This document shows positions 51,605-64,000 of a stretch of 64,000 bases of DNA, piece after piece. Both the position numbers and the translations under genes were made by a program. How positions within the stretch are numbered: the first letter of the stretch is position 1; the number at the start of each line of letters is the position of its first letter. Source of the DNA: Nemertoderma westbladi. Taxonomy: Eukaryota > Animalia > Xenacoelomorpha. Where the stretch lies: assembly GCA_032718475.1 (NCBI GenBank), contig JAUCBJ010007231.1:1-64000 (forward strand). Reading direction: 5' to 3'. The notes under the pieces are model-generated. The model did not search any database, was not told where the DNA came from, and worked only from the letters and a program-made list of their open reading frames with translations.

Positions 51605-52757
51605 GGGTGATGGTAACTCCACCTACTGGCTCCAGAAGTCGAGGAAATCCTGCCAAGTACCTAACTGATCTAGACTTTGCTGATGACTTAGGAGTACTCT
51701 CAGAATCACTAGAGGAAGCCAAACGGCTCCTCAGCTCATTAGAACAGGTTCCACCTTGGTGTAGTGGTTGCATTGAATTCCCATCTCCTGTAGGTCGTGG
51801 TTTCGATCCTCACATGGGCCAGGGCAGTTTTCGTTTCGGCACGAATGCTTTAAAGGGACCAGCCAGGGCTCATCTCTGCCTTGCATCCTTAAGTGTTAGC
51901 TAAATGAGTAGTAGAGTTTCCTCTGGGGAGTAAAGTTCTGGGGGGATCGCACTGGAAATAAGTCGTCAGACTTTGTGCGTAATCCCTGGCCAAGCGGCCG
52001 AAGAAAATTTACTTTTTTACTTTAACAGGCTGCTTCTAGTGTTGGTCTTTTTATTAACTCCAAAAAGACCAAAATGTTGACAGTTAACTTTGAAAGTCCT
52101 CAGCAAGTCTCTGACCGGATGAGCATAGGCTCAAAGGATGGTATGCTTGAGCATGTGGACGACTTCTGTTACCTGGGATCATGGATCTGGAAGTCAGGTG
52201 AGGACCTTCGAATAAGTAAGGGAAATGCATGGGCAGCCTTGAATATGCTTTCCAGGATTTCCAGGAGGAAGTCACAGAGAATTAATCGGTAACTTAAGGT
52301 CCTATTATTTAGAGCAGCAGTAGTTCCAGTACTCCTGAGGACACCAAATCTCTGAATGGCAGATTCACAAGAATGCTACATCGGGTTCATTGTGTCAAGT
52401 ACAATGCACACATCTCCAACCAGACACTATATAACATTTGAGGTGTCTCATTGGTTCCCCCAAGCTTGATACTAAAACAAAGTCGCCTCCACTTTGCAGG
52501 ACATTGCTTTTGCTGTGAGGACCAGCCAGTGCATAATCTTGTGCTTTGACAACCTCATAGACTGAATAAGCATGGTGGATAGCCCATGACTTTCTTCAGA
52601 CGGATCTTAAAGGACACTGACCTTGAAGATGCGGATGATCTAGCAAATGTCATGGATGATAGGGAGTTGTGGCAGCACAATTTTTATCGACAAGCCAGCA
52701 CAGCATTCTTAAAAATGCAGCTGGTAATGCAGCATGCCGATCCTAGTAGTAGTAGTA
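51605..52757 (+). mobile_element. 5'-truncated LINE B with (TAG)n tail
   Basis: Matches 3820-4719. Probable TSD GGCAAATA at 51597-51604 and 52762-52769. Confidence 0.9.
51749..52023 (+). mobile_element. tRNA-derived SINE family 2, inserted in LINE B
   Basis: Near-identical to the reverse complement of 47459-47748; LINE B resumes at 52024. Confidence 0.85.
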
Positions 52758-54019
52758 CTCTGGCAAATAAGGTTTACGTTATTTGCATAACATCCCAATT
52801 GAGTTTATAATATCGGATGATAGGCCGGGCCAAAAAACAGTATGTTGGGCCCATTTAGAGAGTTCAATCCCTTGATGGGATTGATGTAAGAGTCTAGAAT
52901 GTGGTGACATTGTGACTGGTATGGCAATACGAGATAAATACAAGACAAGTCATCATAAACTGACAATTAATCTTGCACTTTCCAATATGGTTGTAAATCG
53001 CAAACTAAATTAGTTAACTTTGTAGGGAATCCCTCTTGGATTAGATCAATAAGCTGCTGGTACATTTTAGCAGCATCTTTTATGTGTGGGATGTTAGGGT
53101 CATTGAGTGAGGAATGAGGGCTATTATCTGTTATTGCATTGACAGTTGAATTAATATGTTCAGAAATATTATTGTTGACCTGCTCAATATCAATATCCTC
53201 TGGTATGGGGTTCCTGACTGGAGCACAAGAAAGTGCATTAGGTATATAATGAACTTTACCTTTCTTCCACTTTCCATGGAATGCATATGGTATACGTTTT
53301 TCATTGAGATGCCTTAACCTTGGATTCTCAATGTTGTCTAAAGTTTTGTCATTAAGAATTTGTTATGGTCACCCACAATAGTGAAATAAGGAATGCCAAA
53401 GGTATATGTGGCATTTCTTTACAGCCCATGGGATGGTAAGAGTTTCAAGTTCAATAACTGTGTATCACGATTCCGTGTCTGTAGGGATCGATATCCATAC
53501 TGGATAAGATTAAGATGACCTGAGCATGTTTGCTGTAATAAAGCAAAACCGAGTCCTTTTATATGAGAAGCATTAGTATGTAGTTCTACTGGAAGCAGTT
53601 CGTGTCAACGATAAACTTCAATCTCGGGAAGTTTGTCCATTGAAATGGTAGAGAACATTGGTCCATAAGGTATTCTGCTTCTATGCGACGTATTGCCTTG
53701 CCGGTCTGTTTCGGTTCCAGCATTTTTGCTGTTGGCATATGTTCATTTGAATCGTCTGACTGGAGATAATACTGTCGAATTGATTTCATTATCTTCTTGT
53801 TGGGCCCCGGCCTGAGTACCCGATGAACAGTCTTCAAAGCTTTCATATATATTTGAAGGTGATTCCATGATTAGGTACATGTGTAAAGCAATCATGCACA
53901 GCACTATTGAGACTGTATTATCTGGAGAATTCGGTATTGTTGTAAGTCAAAGGCACAATCGAGAGACCATACTGAATGTATTTTCTACTACCCTTTGTGC
54001 TCTACATAATCTGTAATTA

Positions 54020-54313
54020 TATACACATTCTTGTTCGATATCGGAAGTTCTCGCATAACATTTCATCATGCCCGAGTTTAATGCAAAAGCAACATCTCCA
54101 ACAAAGTGGTATGGAGTGGCTGGCAATCCTTGAGTAATTAGAGCAGGTTCTGGAATAGATCCATCTCTGGCCTCTAAAAGACATTAGATCAACTTGAAAG
54201 GGATACTGAACTTGGGAGAAACGAAATTGCGACAACTATGGAGAATGGGGAAGCCTGGAAGGATCTCATTTCCACTGTCCGAGTTCGCTCGACCTAGTAG
54301 TAGTAGTAGTAGT
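54020..54313 (+). mobile_element. LINE A 3' end with (TAG)n tail
   Basis: Reverse complement of about 1618-1930, with deletions. Confidence 0.85.
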
Positions 54314-56676
54314 AAAAGACATTTAATATGTGATTGATTGAAAATGGATGTGTCTCCCACTGACCATGCGTTACCTAACTTATAGGCAATATTCTTCCTT
54401 ATGCATCTGCTGCGACAAGTAGTATGATTGAGAAATATTTTTTGAAATTAAAGTATTTGGCTTTATATTTCTAATGTGTTCTATGTCAACTGGATCTAAA
54501 CAGTGAGGAAATTGTCACATGGAATTAAAATCAGATGCCATCTGAAACCACTTTGATTTTGATCTCGGCGATAAAGTATATGACTTTAAAACTGTCGACA
54601 TTGCCTCGCACATAACGTGTATGCACGTGCAAATAAATGGAATGCTAACCCGATATTCGTGTGATAGCCCGATAGGAAGCACATCCACTTATGTACCACA
54701 ACAAAATCTGAAGTCTGGTCTTCATTGGTATTCTTGGTAGACCCAGTGGTGGCTTGTTTATTGTTTGGATTTGGAAAAAGCGTCTAGCATAATATATATC
54801 AGTGGTTAATTTGACTACTTTGAGTAGTCTGGTACATGAGATAACGGTATGTGCACCGGGAATAAATACAATTTTAGTTAATGTATATATCTATCACCGG
54901 ACGATTGATCGTTAAAAGTTTCAGATGAAACAGTAGCTCACCCCATTCCATTATAGTTTTTAATTAGTTGATCTAAACGTAATCAACTTATTAAAATGCC
55001 CTGTCTCCAGCTATAGCTCCCTCCTTCGTTGGCATGCTTGCAATAGCAAGCATGCCTAGCATGTCTAGCCTAGCTCGGAAGGGGAACCAGTCCAACCACA
55101 CCTCACCTCTAATCAAAGGCAGCATTGTAATGAGCCAGACTAATAAGCCAGCTCGGTTATTGTGTTTAGCTTACAAAATGATTGGCCTAGAACTTCATCA
55201 TGATCCTTCAGAATAATTAGCTAAATAATTTCGTTGAGGTATTGGTTGACATGAGAAATTAATATTTCAGTATCAATACTATCAGCATAAGGTAAATTTT
55301 AATATTTCTTACAAATTGGGTCGCCTCCACGCCTAAAATATTTAATATATTACTTTATGAGTTTAACATGTTACCAATAACATGAGTTTATTGATTTCTT
55401 TGTTGGTTAAGTAAATTAAATAACATGCGATCTTTAATTATTTTTGCTAGAAATTTTTGCTGTTTCTATATTTGTGAATCGCTTCCAGTAGTATTTTGTG
55501 TTATATTAAAAATAAATATAACATATTACTTTTAAAACACAAATTTGTTTATTATTATGATTATTATCATTATTTTATGTTAATACCTCTGGCTGTCATC
55601 AATCCTGTGTGCGCCTTTGGGTTGGGTTAGTGAAGTTTAAGAGGGAGGTTAAGAGGGGAGGGAGGCTTTTCCCTCTCTTTGATTTACTGGTGTTTGGTTA
55701 AATTTCTTAGATATCGAGTTTGTGATACAGTAGAATCGCTCATTAATCTGTATCCCATACCTGAGCGTCGTGCTGCGCGAAGGCCCCACGAACGTGTTGC
55801 TCAGTTATTGTAGATTTATCTTTCTTTATAGAAACAGCCGCATTGCGCCGGCAGGTGTGTTTTACTGCTCTGTAATAATTAATAATTAATAATTAATTTT
55901 TATTTAATCCTTCAGAACAATGGAAGCTACGATAACTAATCTGACCTACTTCGTTTATCTATTATTATCCTATCATAAGGTTTACCAATCCATCACAATT
56001 TCAAGTTCAATGCACTCATGTCCATACACTGTTCTCTGGAAGTACCATTAAATTATTAATTACGAATTATAATTTGTGTAAGAAATCAGCATCATGTGTA
56101 AGAAAAAACACCTGCATTGTTGCTATGGTGATTGTTGTTACTATCAGAAATGAAACATATCATATTAATACAATTATCCAACTTACAATAAAGTTTATCA
56201 CTAAATAACAGTGAATGTTTAACGAATGATGGTGTTTTATATTATTATAATATACAGAGTTAAATAATAATAATAAAACAACATTATAATATTGTAAAAC
56301 TTAACAATCTTATTATAAGTATTCTCTGATTTTTTGTTATTGTCGATTTGATATATGTGTCTAACAAAAACGATTTTTAGTTATTCTTTTTACTTTCACG
56401 AACTCAAAGTATTTTTATCGTCTCTTTATTTCATTTCACTTTATTTCATGGTGTCCGACCTTTTAAACGCTCTTTTATTACCTCACTCCCGGAATTTCCG
56501 TTTGTTTCTTATATATATATATATATGTTTATTGACTAATATCCGACAAAAGACATTATTATCATTAAATATTTGACATATTATGAAATATAAACTTAGT
56601 GAAACTAAATAACTTTAGATCTAAAATTAGTCCCTTCAAATTAGTAACTTGAAAATGTCCCAGTTATTGTCTCGAG

Positions 56677-58695
56677 TTAGTGTCTTTGCAGTTCTTTGAA
56701 AATTTCAGAAATTATTTTGACGATTCTTTCCCCGTTGTTTATTAACATAAATTCTGCTACCGTGGAGTAGGATTTTCCCCCCAATATATCTTTCGTCAGT
56801 GAACAACCCGATAACACGTGTAATTCGTTCTGTACCGACGATCCATCACATTTGCAGACTCGTTCTTCTCTAGGTACACGTGTCCACCTTCCTGTCTCTA
56901 CCCTTAAGCGATGCGCGCTTAAACGAAATCTTGTAAAATCGATCCTGTTCTGCTCGTGTATGTACGGTTTCTGCTGATTATATACCTTGTGGATAGTTAG
57001 ATTAGGGTTTATTTCCAGGTAAGTTGCCAATTTAGTGTGGATATGTGCAGTATCTTTAATTCTACTCTTCAAACCATTAATATTTCTAGCTATTATATTA
57101 CCTTCCGTCAGTTCTAACTTATTTAGATATTTAAAAGCGCGGGTGTTCCCTGTTTTTGCCAGATGATACGCGATGTGTGCAGGATCTTCTCGGTGCCACG
57201 ATTTCTTGAGTCTTCGGATAGAGTTTCTAATATTATTGTCGATAACGGATCCTACCTCGGCCATACCAATCTCTGTATAGCACAGCACATTTGGTGTTGT
57301 TGTTTTAACGCCTAAAAGTATTTTTATCAGTTTACTATATATCTTTTCAATTTCCTTTCTCCCCCGTATTGCTAACCAGGTATCGCTGGAATACAGTATC
57401 GCTGCCGTTACAGCACAGTCAAGCACCTTTTTCTTTAGACAGAAAGGCATATTTGGATTGCTGGCACAAAATGCTGCAAACTTGGCTACCTGTTTTTTAC
57501 TTTCACCTGCGTGTAAATTTATCACTGATTCTATTCTACCATCCTGTGTGAAGAAACCACCCAGGTAAACATATTTATCTGTATTAATTATTTGTACACT
57601 TCCGCATAACAACGGTTGTTTATCAGCTATAAATCCATTTATGACCATGAACTTACTCTTCTTTTCATTGATTACCATATTATGTGACCTACAGAATTTA
57701 TCTAAAATATTTAGCTTTTCTATACAACTCTCTCGGTTCTCAGCTAAAATAGCAGTATCGTCCATGAACAGGAGAAGATGCAAGGCTCCTAGGTATGTGT
57801 TAGTAGATGTTAGTGAATCAAACATGGCGACTAGGACATCAATGTAAAGAGTGAATAGAAATAAACTTGATGGCGCTCCTTGACGCAAACCGCTGTCGAC
57901 ACGAATATCAATTGATCTAAGGTTTAAAAACGTTGTCCTATATATTGCTTTTATTGCGTTAATCATATTAAATCCACAACCGAGAAAAAGTAACTTGGAT
58001 ATAAGAGTAGACCTAGAGACTCTATCATAGGCTTTACTGAAGTCAATGAAGATGATGAATAGTTTCTTGTTCTTGGTGTAAGCATAATCGACAACCAAGC
58101 GTAGAGCAAGTATCTGTTCATAACATGATCTCCCTTTTTGACCGCCCGCTTGAGCTCTTGACTGTTTGTACCATCTCACTAGTCTGTTCGCTAAAACGTA
58201 GTCATAAATCTTTGCTAGAGAGTCCATAATCGTGATTCCACGGTAATTGTTACAGTTAAAACGATCACCTGTTTTATACAAAATACTTAATAAGCTATAT
58301 GCCCAAACTGCCGGTAAGCATCCGAATATGAATATCGCATTCAATATAAATGTAATAAATACCACAATATTCACTGGTAGATCCTTCCAAAGAGGTGATG
58401 AAATTCCTAGCGCTGCCTTGTTCGCTTTTATTGAGTTTATCGCCTCGTCCACTTCCTGTGGTTGTATCGGGTCATCCAGGAGTGGTATAACTGGAGCCTG
58501 TGAGGTGTCAATATCGTCTACGGTATCCCCTTGATTATACAGAAGACTCTCAAAATGGTCTTTAAATTCATCGTCGGTGGGTTTGTCGATATCATCAGCT
58601 TTATCTCCAAGTTTGCCATTCCAATTTATGGCGCGCCAAACAGATTTTGAATCCTTCGTTAGCAACAATACACCGATTACACCGAATACATCCAC
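56677..58695 (-). CDS. 5'-truncated LINE ORF2 (RT plus C-terminal Cys/His domain), same group as family D
   Basis: Open 672-aa frame with NYRGITI, FIDFSKAYDRV, GLRQGAPSS, FMDD, YLG and FRLSAHRLRVETGRW..CKC..H..C. Confidence 0.85.
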   Translation of the reverse strand: MDVFGVIGVLLLTKDSKSVWRAINWNGKLGDKADDIDKPTDDEFKDHFESLLYNQGDTVDDIDTSQAPVIPLLDDPIQPQEVDEAINSIKANKAALGISSPLWKDLPVNIVVFITFILNAIFIFGCLPAVWAYSLLSILYKTGDRFNCNNYRGITIMDSLAKIYDYVLANRLVRWYKQSRAQAGGQKGRSCYEQILALRLVVDYAYTKNKKLFIIFIDFSKAYDRVSRSTLISKLLFLGCGFNMINAIKAIYRTTFLNLRSIDIRVDSGLRQGAPSSLFLFTLYIDVLVAMFDSLTSTNTYLGALHLLLFMDDTAILAENRESCIEKLNILDKFCRSHNMVINEKKSKFMVINGFIADKQPLLCGSVQIINTDKYVYLGGFFTQDGRIESVINLHAGESKKQVAKFAAFCASNPNMPFCLKKKVLDCAVTAAILYSSDTWLAIRGRKEIEKIYSKLIKILLGVKTTTPNVLCYTEIGMAEVGSVIDNNIRNSIRRLKKSWHREDPAHIAYHLAKTGNTRAFKYLNKLELTEGNIIARNINGLKSRIKDTAHIHTKLATYLEINPNLTIHKVYNQQKPYIHEQNRIDFTRFRLSAHRLRVETGRWTRVPREERVCKCDGSSVQNELHVLSGCSLTKDILGGKSYSTVAEFMLINNGERIVKIISEIFKELQRH

Positions 58696-59719
58696 CGATT
58701 CCCTTGTTCAAGTACAGTAGGTTAATAACCTCTCATACGTTTAATTAATGGTGCTAATAACTTCAAATACCAAATTAATCATCTATTAACCCTAATTCGG
58801 CTGGCACTTCTTGGATGGTCGTCACGAGGCCGTATTTCGGGGAAAGATTTTTCAACTTCTAATAACTTTGTACTGGTTGCACAAAACTCAACAAAATTTG
58901 GTGTACGTGTAATTGTGCTATCTACAAACTGGTTTGAAAAAAATTGGAAATGAAAGTTTCAGTTTTGGGTGCAAAAACAGCGCACCAAAATGGCTAGTCA
59001 TCAAAAATTTAGAGTTTCTTCAAATTCATTTCCCCAATGAAATAGAAACACTAAACTACTCTTTTCAGGTTTTTAGCAATTGGTATGAACAAATTATTGA
59101 TTTCAACAAAAAATATCGGTGTTTTTCGAAAGTGTTTGGGTGTGAAAAGTGCAAGTAAGTTCAAAATTTCGCAATTTGATAAGTTTATTATTTTAGGATA
59201 ATTCGCAGCGCTGTGGGGTTATTGCTATGCTAATTTCATTCGAACAAAAATCCAGTTGTTCAGGATTCCAGAAAGCGCATTTTTCGGTGAAATTTTGAAA
59301 TGAAAAATGCAAGTAAGTTCAAAAGTTTTTATTAGCTCAGACACTGAGACTTTTCTTTAAAAACTAATATAAAATATGAAAAGTGCTGGCTATTTGTATT
59401 TTTCGTCCACTGACACCCATAAAAGTACCAATCACACTGTAGATTCGAAAACCCAAAAGTAAAGTGAAAGGTAAGAGTTTATACACTATTTCAAAATATG
59501 AAAGGTGCTGGCTACTTGTATTTTTCGTCCCCTGACACCCAATTTAGAAAATGCTATCGTCTTTTGTATATAAGAAATGAAATCTCAGCGCATTCAAAAA
59601 ATGAATAGGAATCAAGATAAAGGCAAAGTAATATTATATTTCAAAACTTGAAACTTCGAGCTACTTGCACATTTGGTGCACTTCTGGTAAACAGTAAAAT
59701 TTTTAATTTTTAATCAAAA

Positions 59720-62700
59720 ATTGTGATTAAATGCATTGCCGATAGACGAGTAGATGCAGAACAAAAGGTAAGACTTTCGGCACTCGAGAGTATGATGGAG
59801 GGATTTCATAACGATCTTATAGATAGAATGAAGGTCTTGGAACAGTCGATAACTAAGTTGTAGAGTCCACCACAACCGCCAATTCCGACCCGCCCATTTG
59901 GTGATGCCCTTTTAGGGGGTACCGGTAAAGTGGCTTCAGGGCACGCGCCTGAAGTTCGAATGTGTTCTCCGTCAGTTTCAATTGCTGCCGTGTGTAATGC
60001 GAGTGACACTACTGGTGGTGGTACCACTGGTAGAGGAAGATCGCGATCGATCCTAACCGCTCAACGACGAGGTAGTTTATCAAATACTGTTTCTCCCCGA
60101 AGTTCCCCGGTGTCTTGCAGTGTGCCATCGGTTAATGGCAGCTTGAAACACCTGCGTATGTCTCCAATTGTTACTAACATAGGAAATGAGGGAGGCATGG
60201 AAGTAGGACATGGAGACATGGAAGCAGATGGCTTTAAAGTGGTATCGTATAAAAAGAATAAGAAGCAAAGTTTCATTGTTGGCTCGGGAGGACCTAGCTC
60301 ACGTAAAACTCGTGCTGCTCCATTCGATTTATTCATATTCCGTGTAGATCGTTCAATCACTGAGAGTGACATTGTAGATGACCTCAACGCTGCTAACATA
60401 GATGCAAAGGCAACGGACGTGGTTCTTAAGTCGCACTCTGACGCAAGGACTAGCAGTTTCAAAGTTTCAGTACATGCACATCTCCACCAAACTATAATGG
60501 ATCCAGCTTCTGGTATGAGGGGGTTTGTATCAGACAGTGGCGCTACTACTCTAACAGGGACAGGCAATGGGGCTCGGGTAAACAATCTCATGAGTCTGGT
60601 CAGCCTTACAGTAGTGCCCCAGTTGGGCCATGATTATTCTGATGTATACTGGTATTATATTAGACTTTTATTATTTCTAGGTGTATATATTTAATGTGAT
60701 TATTTTTTCAATACTATTTTCTTTTTAATGGCTTCCTCTAACTCAACAATAATTCAATCAGTACTGGTACTTTATGGTATGATATCATTTATTGGTATTG
60801 GTGGAGGGACATTATTTACATTACTAATAGTAGTCAATTACATATGCCGTACAGCTGATAGTGCTATTATATGTGTTCACTTGTGTATGTATATAGGACA
60901 GGGATGGAGAGATAATTATATAGTATCTTGAATATCAAATACTTTGTAAACATAATACTTTATCTCTTTTTTTCTTATAATAGTACTGGTTTCGCTACAG
61001 ATAAAATAGATATAATTAATACATTACTGGTTTCCTCAGACATAGTATGTGTTCAAGAACATTTTATTCTTAAAGATAATTCTTACAAAATTCGTAAAGA
61101 ATTTATGTCCTAATTTTGAGTGCTTAATTCAACCAGCTGTGTATGCTAATGATGAAATTCGCGCAGGGAGACCTTCAGGTGGTTTGTGCTTTATCTATAA
61201 GCGTCGCCTTAATAGCCAAGTCACTATGATTAAAACAAACTCATCTCGTTTACAGGCTATTCAATTAATTATTGGTATGGATTCATATTTGATTGTTAAC
61301 TCCTACTTTCCAGTAGACACCCGTTCTGTAGACACAGTATCTGATGAATTATTATCTGTATTATGTAAAGTGAATAATTTAATTTCTAACTCAGGGTGTA
61401 ATAAATTTATTTTGGCTGGTGATCTCAATGCTGATTTTGATAGGTTTACAATGCACGTCCACGTTATAATTAATTTTTTCGTTGAAAATAACTTAACACT
61501 TGTATGGGATATTAACGATTCAAATGTTTTACATACTTTCAGTTCCTTTAGAGAGATAACAATGTATATTTTTCGACCATTGATCAATTTATACTTAGTG
61601 AAGGTTTATGCAATTGTGTTATTGATGCAGGTGCATATTATACTGGTGCGAATCTTTCTGGGCATTGTCCTATATATGTATAAAAATTTATACGGGGTGT
61701 TCTGGAGTAAATTCTGATAATAATAATTGTTCGCACAATACAGTTGGCACTGCTCGTAGTATTCATAGATATAAAAATTCCACGAATTGCCAGAAAGAAC
61801 AGTGCCGAGAATCAGCGACCAGTTGCCGATCGTTTGAGTTGTTTTTCATTACATTGCGACACCTGTACAGACATTAATTGCACTGATCCGATTCATATTG
61901 TTTCAATTGAGCAGAACGCTTTCGACATATTAGATAGTATTGACGCCGCTGCGTCCTGTCTTGATAGTAATAACACTAGCAATCCAGCCAATGGCAAGTC
62001 TTCAAACTATTCTCCACCTCCTGTTCCAGGTTGGATGGAACACGTCAAACCATACAAAGACAATAGTGTATTCTGGCACAGTCTGTGGTGCTCAGCAGGT
62101 CGTCCTTCAGCAGCAGTTAATCCTCATTTATTTCATATGAGACGAACAACCAGAGCTCAAAATCACTTTGCAATTCGTCGTCTTAGAAAATCGGTTGATA
62201 CTGTACGACGTGAGAAACTTGTCGAAGCGTGTTTGTCCAATAACGAGTCTATTTTTGATGAGATTAGAAAGTTACGTAAAGTTCCTCCATCATCGAGTTC
62301 CAATATCGATGGCCATACAGATACACAATCTGCCTCTGAGAGATTTGCTTCCATATATAATCGGCTTTATAATCAGACAGAAATGCCAGACACCTCTGGA
62401 ATTACTTCAGATATTAAGGAACGTCTAGACAATTTCGTTTTGGATGATACCAACACCATTTCAGAAGAGTTGGTTGGTGAGGCGATCTGCTGATCTGCGA
62501 TAAGCTGAAAAGTTCAAAGTCAGATGTACTTTACAACTTTGATTCCGACTGCTTAATTAACGCAGGCCCATTACTACAGACTCATTTAGAGTGTCTATTT
62601 AACTCATTTCTTATTCTTGGATTCGTCCCGAGATTTATTCTCAAATGTACCTTAATTCCACTCGTGAAGGATAAGTTGGATGACGTCACCAGTTCTTCAA

Positions 62701-63685
62701 ATTCTAGGGCTATCGCTCTATCTTCTCTACTCATTATTACGTTATTCGAATGGGTTATGATATTGTCCCAGTCAAGTTGTATCAACCTGGATGAGCTTCA
62801 GTGTTCAGGTTCAGGTGAATTGGACTAGTTTATTTTCCCAGTTAAGTAAGAGTGGTTTTTCAGTTTTATTTTTACCCTATTTTGGATTTATAGTCAGCAA
62901 ACATGCTGTGTGGTCTGAAATAAATGTACTTTGAATTATTTCAGCATTACAAATGGAGTGAGGCAGGGCGGTGTAGCCTCTCCGATATTATTTTGCATTG
63001 TAATTAATTTGTTAATTATTAAACTTCGTAATTCTAAAGTTGGTTGTAAAATCGGTGAATTTTATTTTGGAGTACTTGTATATGCTGATGATTTATTATT
63101 ACTGTGCTCGTCCCTTTCCGGTTTACAACACATGATTAATATTTGGTGCAAATTTGCACAAGATAATCATCTTGCATTTAGTACGAGTACAAATCCGGAT
63201 AAATCGAAATGCAAATGTATTCCGTTTGGTTTTTCCTGGTCTCGCCCAAGAATTACTATGCAACTCAATGGTACGAGTCTTCCTTGGGTGAAAGAGGCTA
63301 AACATTTAGGTCATTTTTTAGATTATAAATGCAGTTTTGATACCGATATTAATAAAAAACGTGGTGCTTTTATAGGGAAACTAAATAGTCTAAGACATGA
63401 ATTCTATTTTGCATCTCGCAATACTTCATGCTTAATATTCAGCGTATATATGCGACATCTCTGGAATCTAATCTATGGAACCTATTTTCATTCAATTGTA
63501 ATAGAGTCTATACCACTTGGAACACTAACGTTAGGTTAATACTAGGGTTACCATTTAATTCCCACCGATATTTTGTTGAATATTTGGTGCCATTTATTCA
63601 TCCTAAGTTAATGCTACTTAGTCGGTTTATATCTTTTGTTTCTTCAATTCGTAACTCACATAAACACTGCCTTCGTTTTCTCTAC
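59720..63685 (+). mobile_element. Decayed near-full-length APE-LINE (possibly Proto2-like): RRM-type ORF1, APE, RT
   Basis: ORF1 FDLFIFRV..SSFKVSV; APE SYNSTG, CVQEHF, GRPSGG and GDLNA; PGW..HVKPY..FWHSLW..GRP; GVRQGGVASP, YADD and HLG. The clade label is an inference. Confidence 0.8.
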
Positions 63686-63870
63686 TACCAGGATCGATAT
63701 GCTGCATTGCAGCTGCATTTTTATAAATTCCTAGCCTATTCAAGGCTGCCCATGCCTTTCCCTTGCGTATTCGAAAGTCCTCACCTGACTTTCGGATCCA
63801 TGATCCCAGGTAACAGAAGTCATCCACATGCTCAAGCATACCATCTTTTGAGCTTATGCTCATCCGATTC
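63683..63870 (-). mobile_element. Short internally deleted LINE B fragment
   Basis: MSISSKDGMLEHVDDFCYLGSW joined directly to the family-B 3' end (gcagctgcaatgcagcat..tagtag). Confidence 0.8.
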
Positions 63871-64000
63871 GTTTTCTCAGTGTCCTCTGTCTTTCTGATT
63901 GTGCATCCGCCACTAGTGGACTTAATTACGTGATATCTAATAGGGATGTTGCGAATGTCATATTTTTAACATCCGCGGATGCAGATGCGGATGCAGATAT

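Larger units (their letters stand above)
50800..54000 (-). mobile_element. Decayed Ty3/Gypsy pol fragments (RNase H, integrase) split by a LINE B insertion
   Basis: RPFEEVGADLFH and HFPQSN integrase motifs, plus RNase H remnants (LHTNASHIKGLGFALLQ, IELETLTIPWAVKKC). Confidence 0.7.

Noticed and set aside
51747-51822. tRNA gene (also 47673-47745 and 10280-10350)
   Set aside because: A and B boxes are present but there is no proper cloverleaf, and SINE body and tail follow.
51743-52029. AACAGG as a definite SINE target-site duplication
   Set aside because: The other copy also has AACAGG at its 5' end (47743-47748 on the minus strand), so it may be SINE sequence or microhomology.
58800-59700. 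Non-coding DNA-transposon-like interior (a similar stretch lies at 31300-32160)
   Set aside because: No TIR, TSD or second copy could be shown within the window.
2736-63305. Many short antisense or alternate-frame ORFs in the ORF track
   Set aside because: They are shadows of TE coding strands or repeat translations, with no independent motifs.
63941-64000. Start of a hAT-type MITE (TAGGGATG, gcggatgcagat repeats)
   Set aside because: Truncated by the window edge, so the other end cannot be seen.

Overview
AT-rich, repeat-dense animal (invertebrate-like) nuclear DNA; nothing here is prokaryotic. The only clear host gene is a + strand, multi-exon melatonin-receptor-like class A GPCR. The ORF track largely misses it. 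Four phase-compatible GT-AG exons (6073-6208, 8692-8875, 10675-10797, 25554-25736) encode TM3 to helix 8, and the TM1-TM2 exons were not found in the window. The rest is nested, mostly decayed transposable elements: two RTE-like LINE families with (TAG)n tails, L2/CR1-type and other APE-LINEs, a CRE-like RLE fragment, a complete but decayed Mag-type Ty3/Gypsy element with LTRs, PBS, PPT and TSD, further Gypsy, BEL and hAT fragments, a TTAA-flanked Kolobok-like element, two tRNA-SINE families, MITEs, and at least seven tandem arrays. The most unusual feature is a 57-bp array that amplifies the GPCR exon 3' end and its splice donor 22 times. A 93-bp array may do the same to a candidate minus-strand exon. 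All family and clade labels come from motifs recognised by eye, not database searches.
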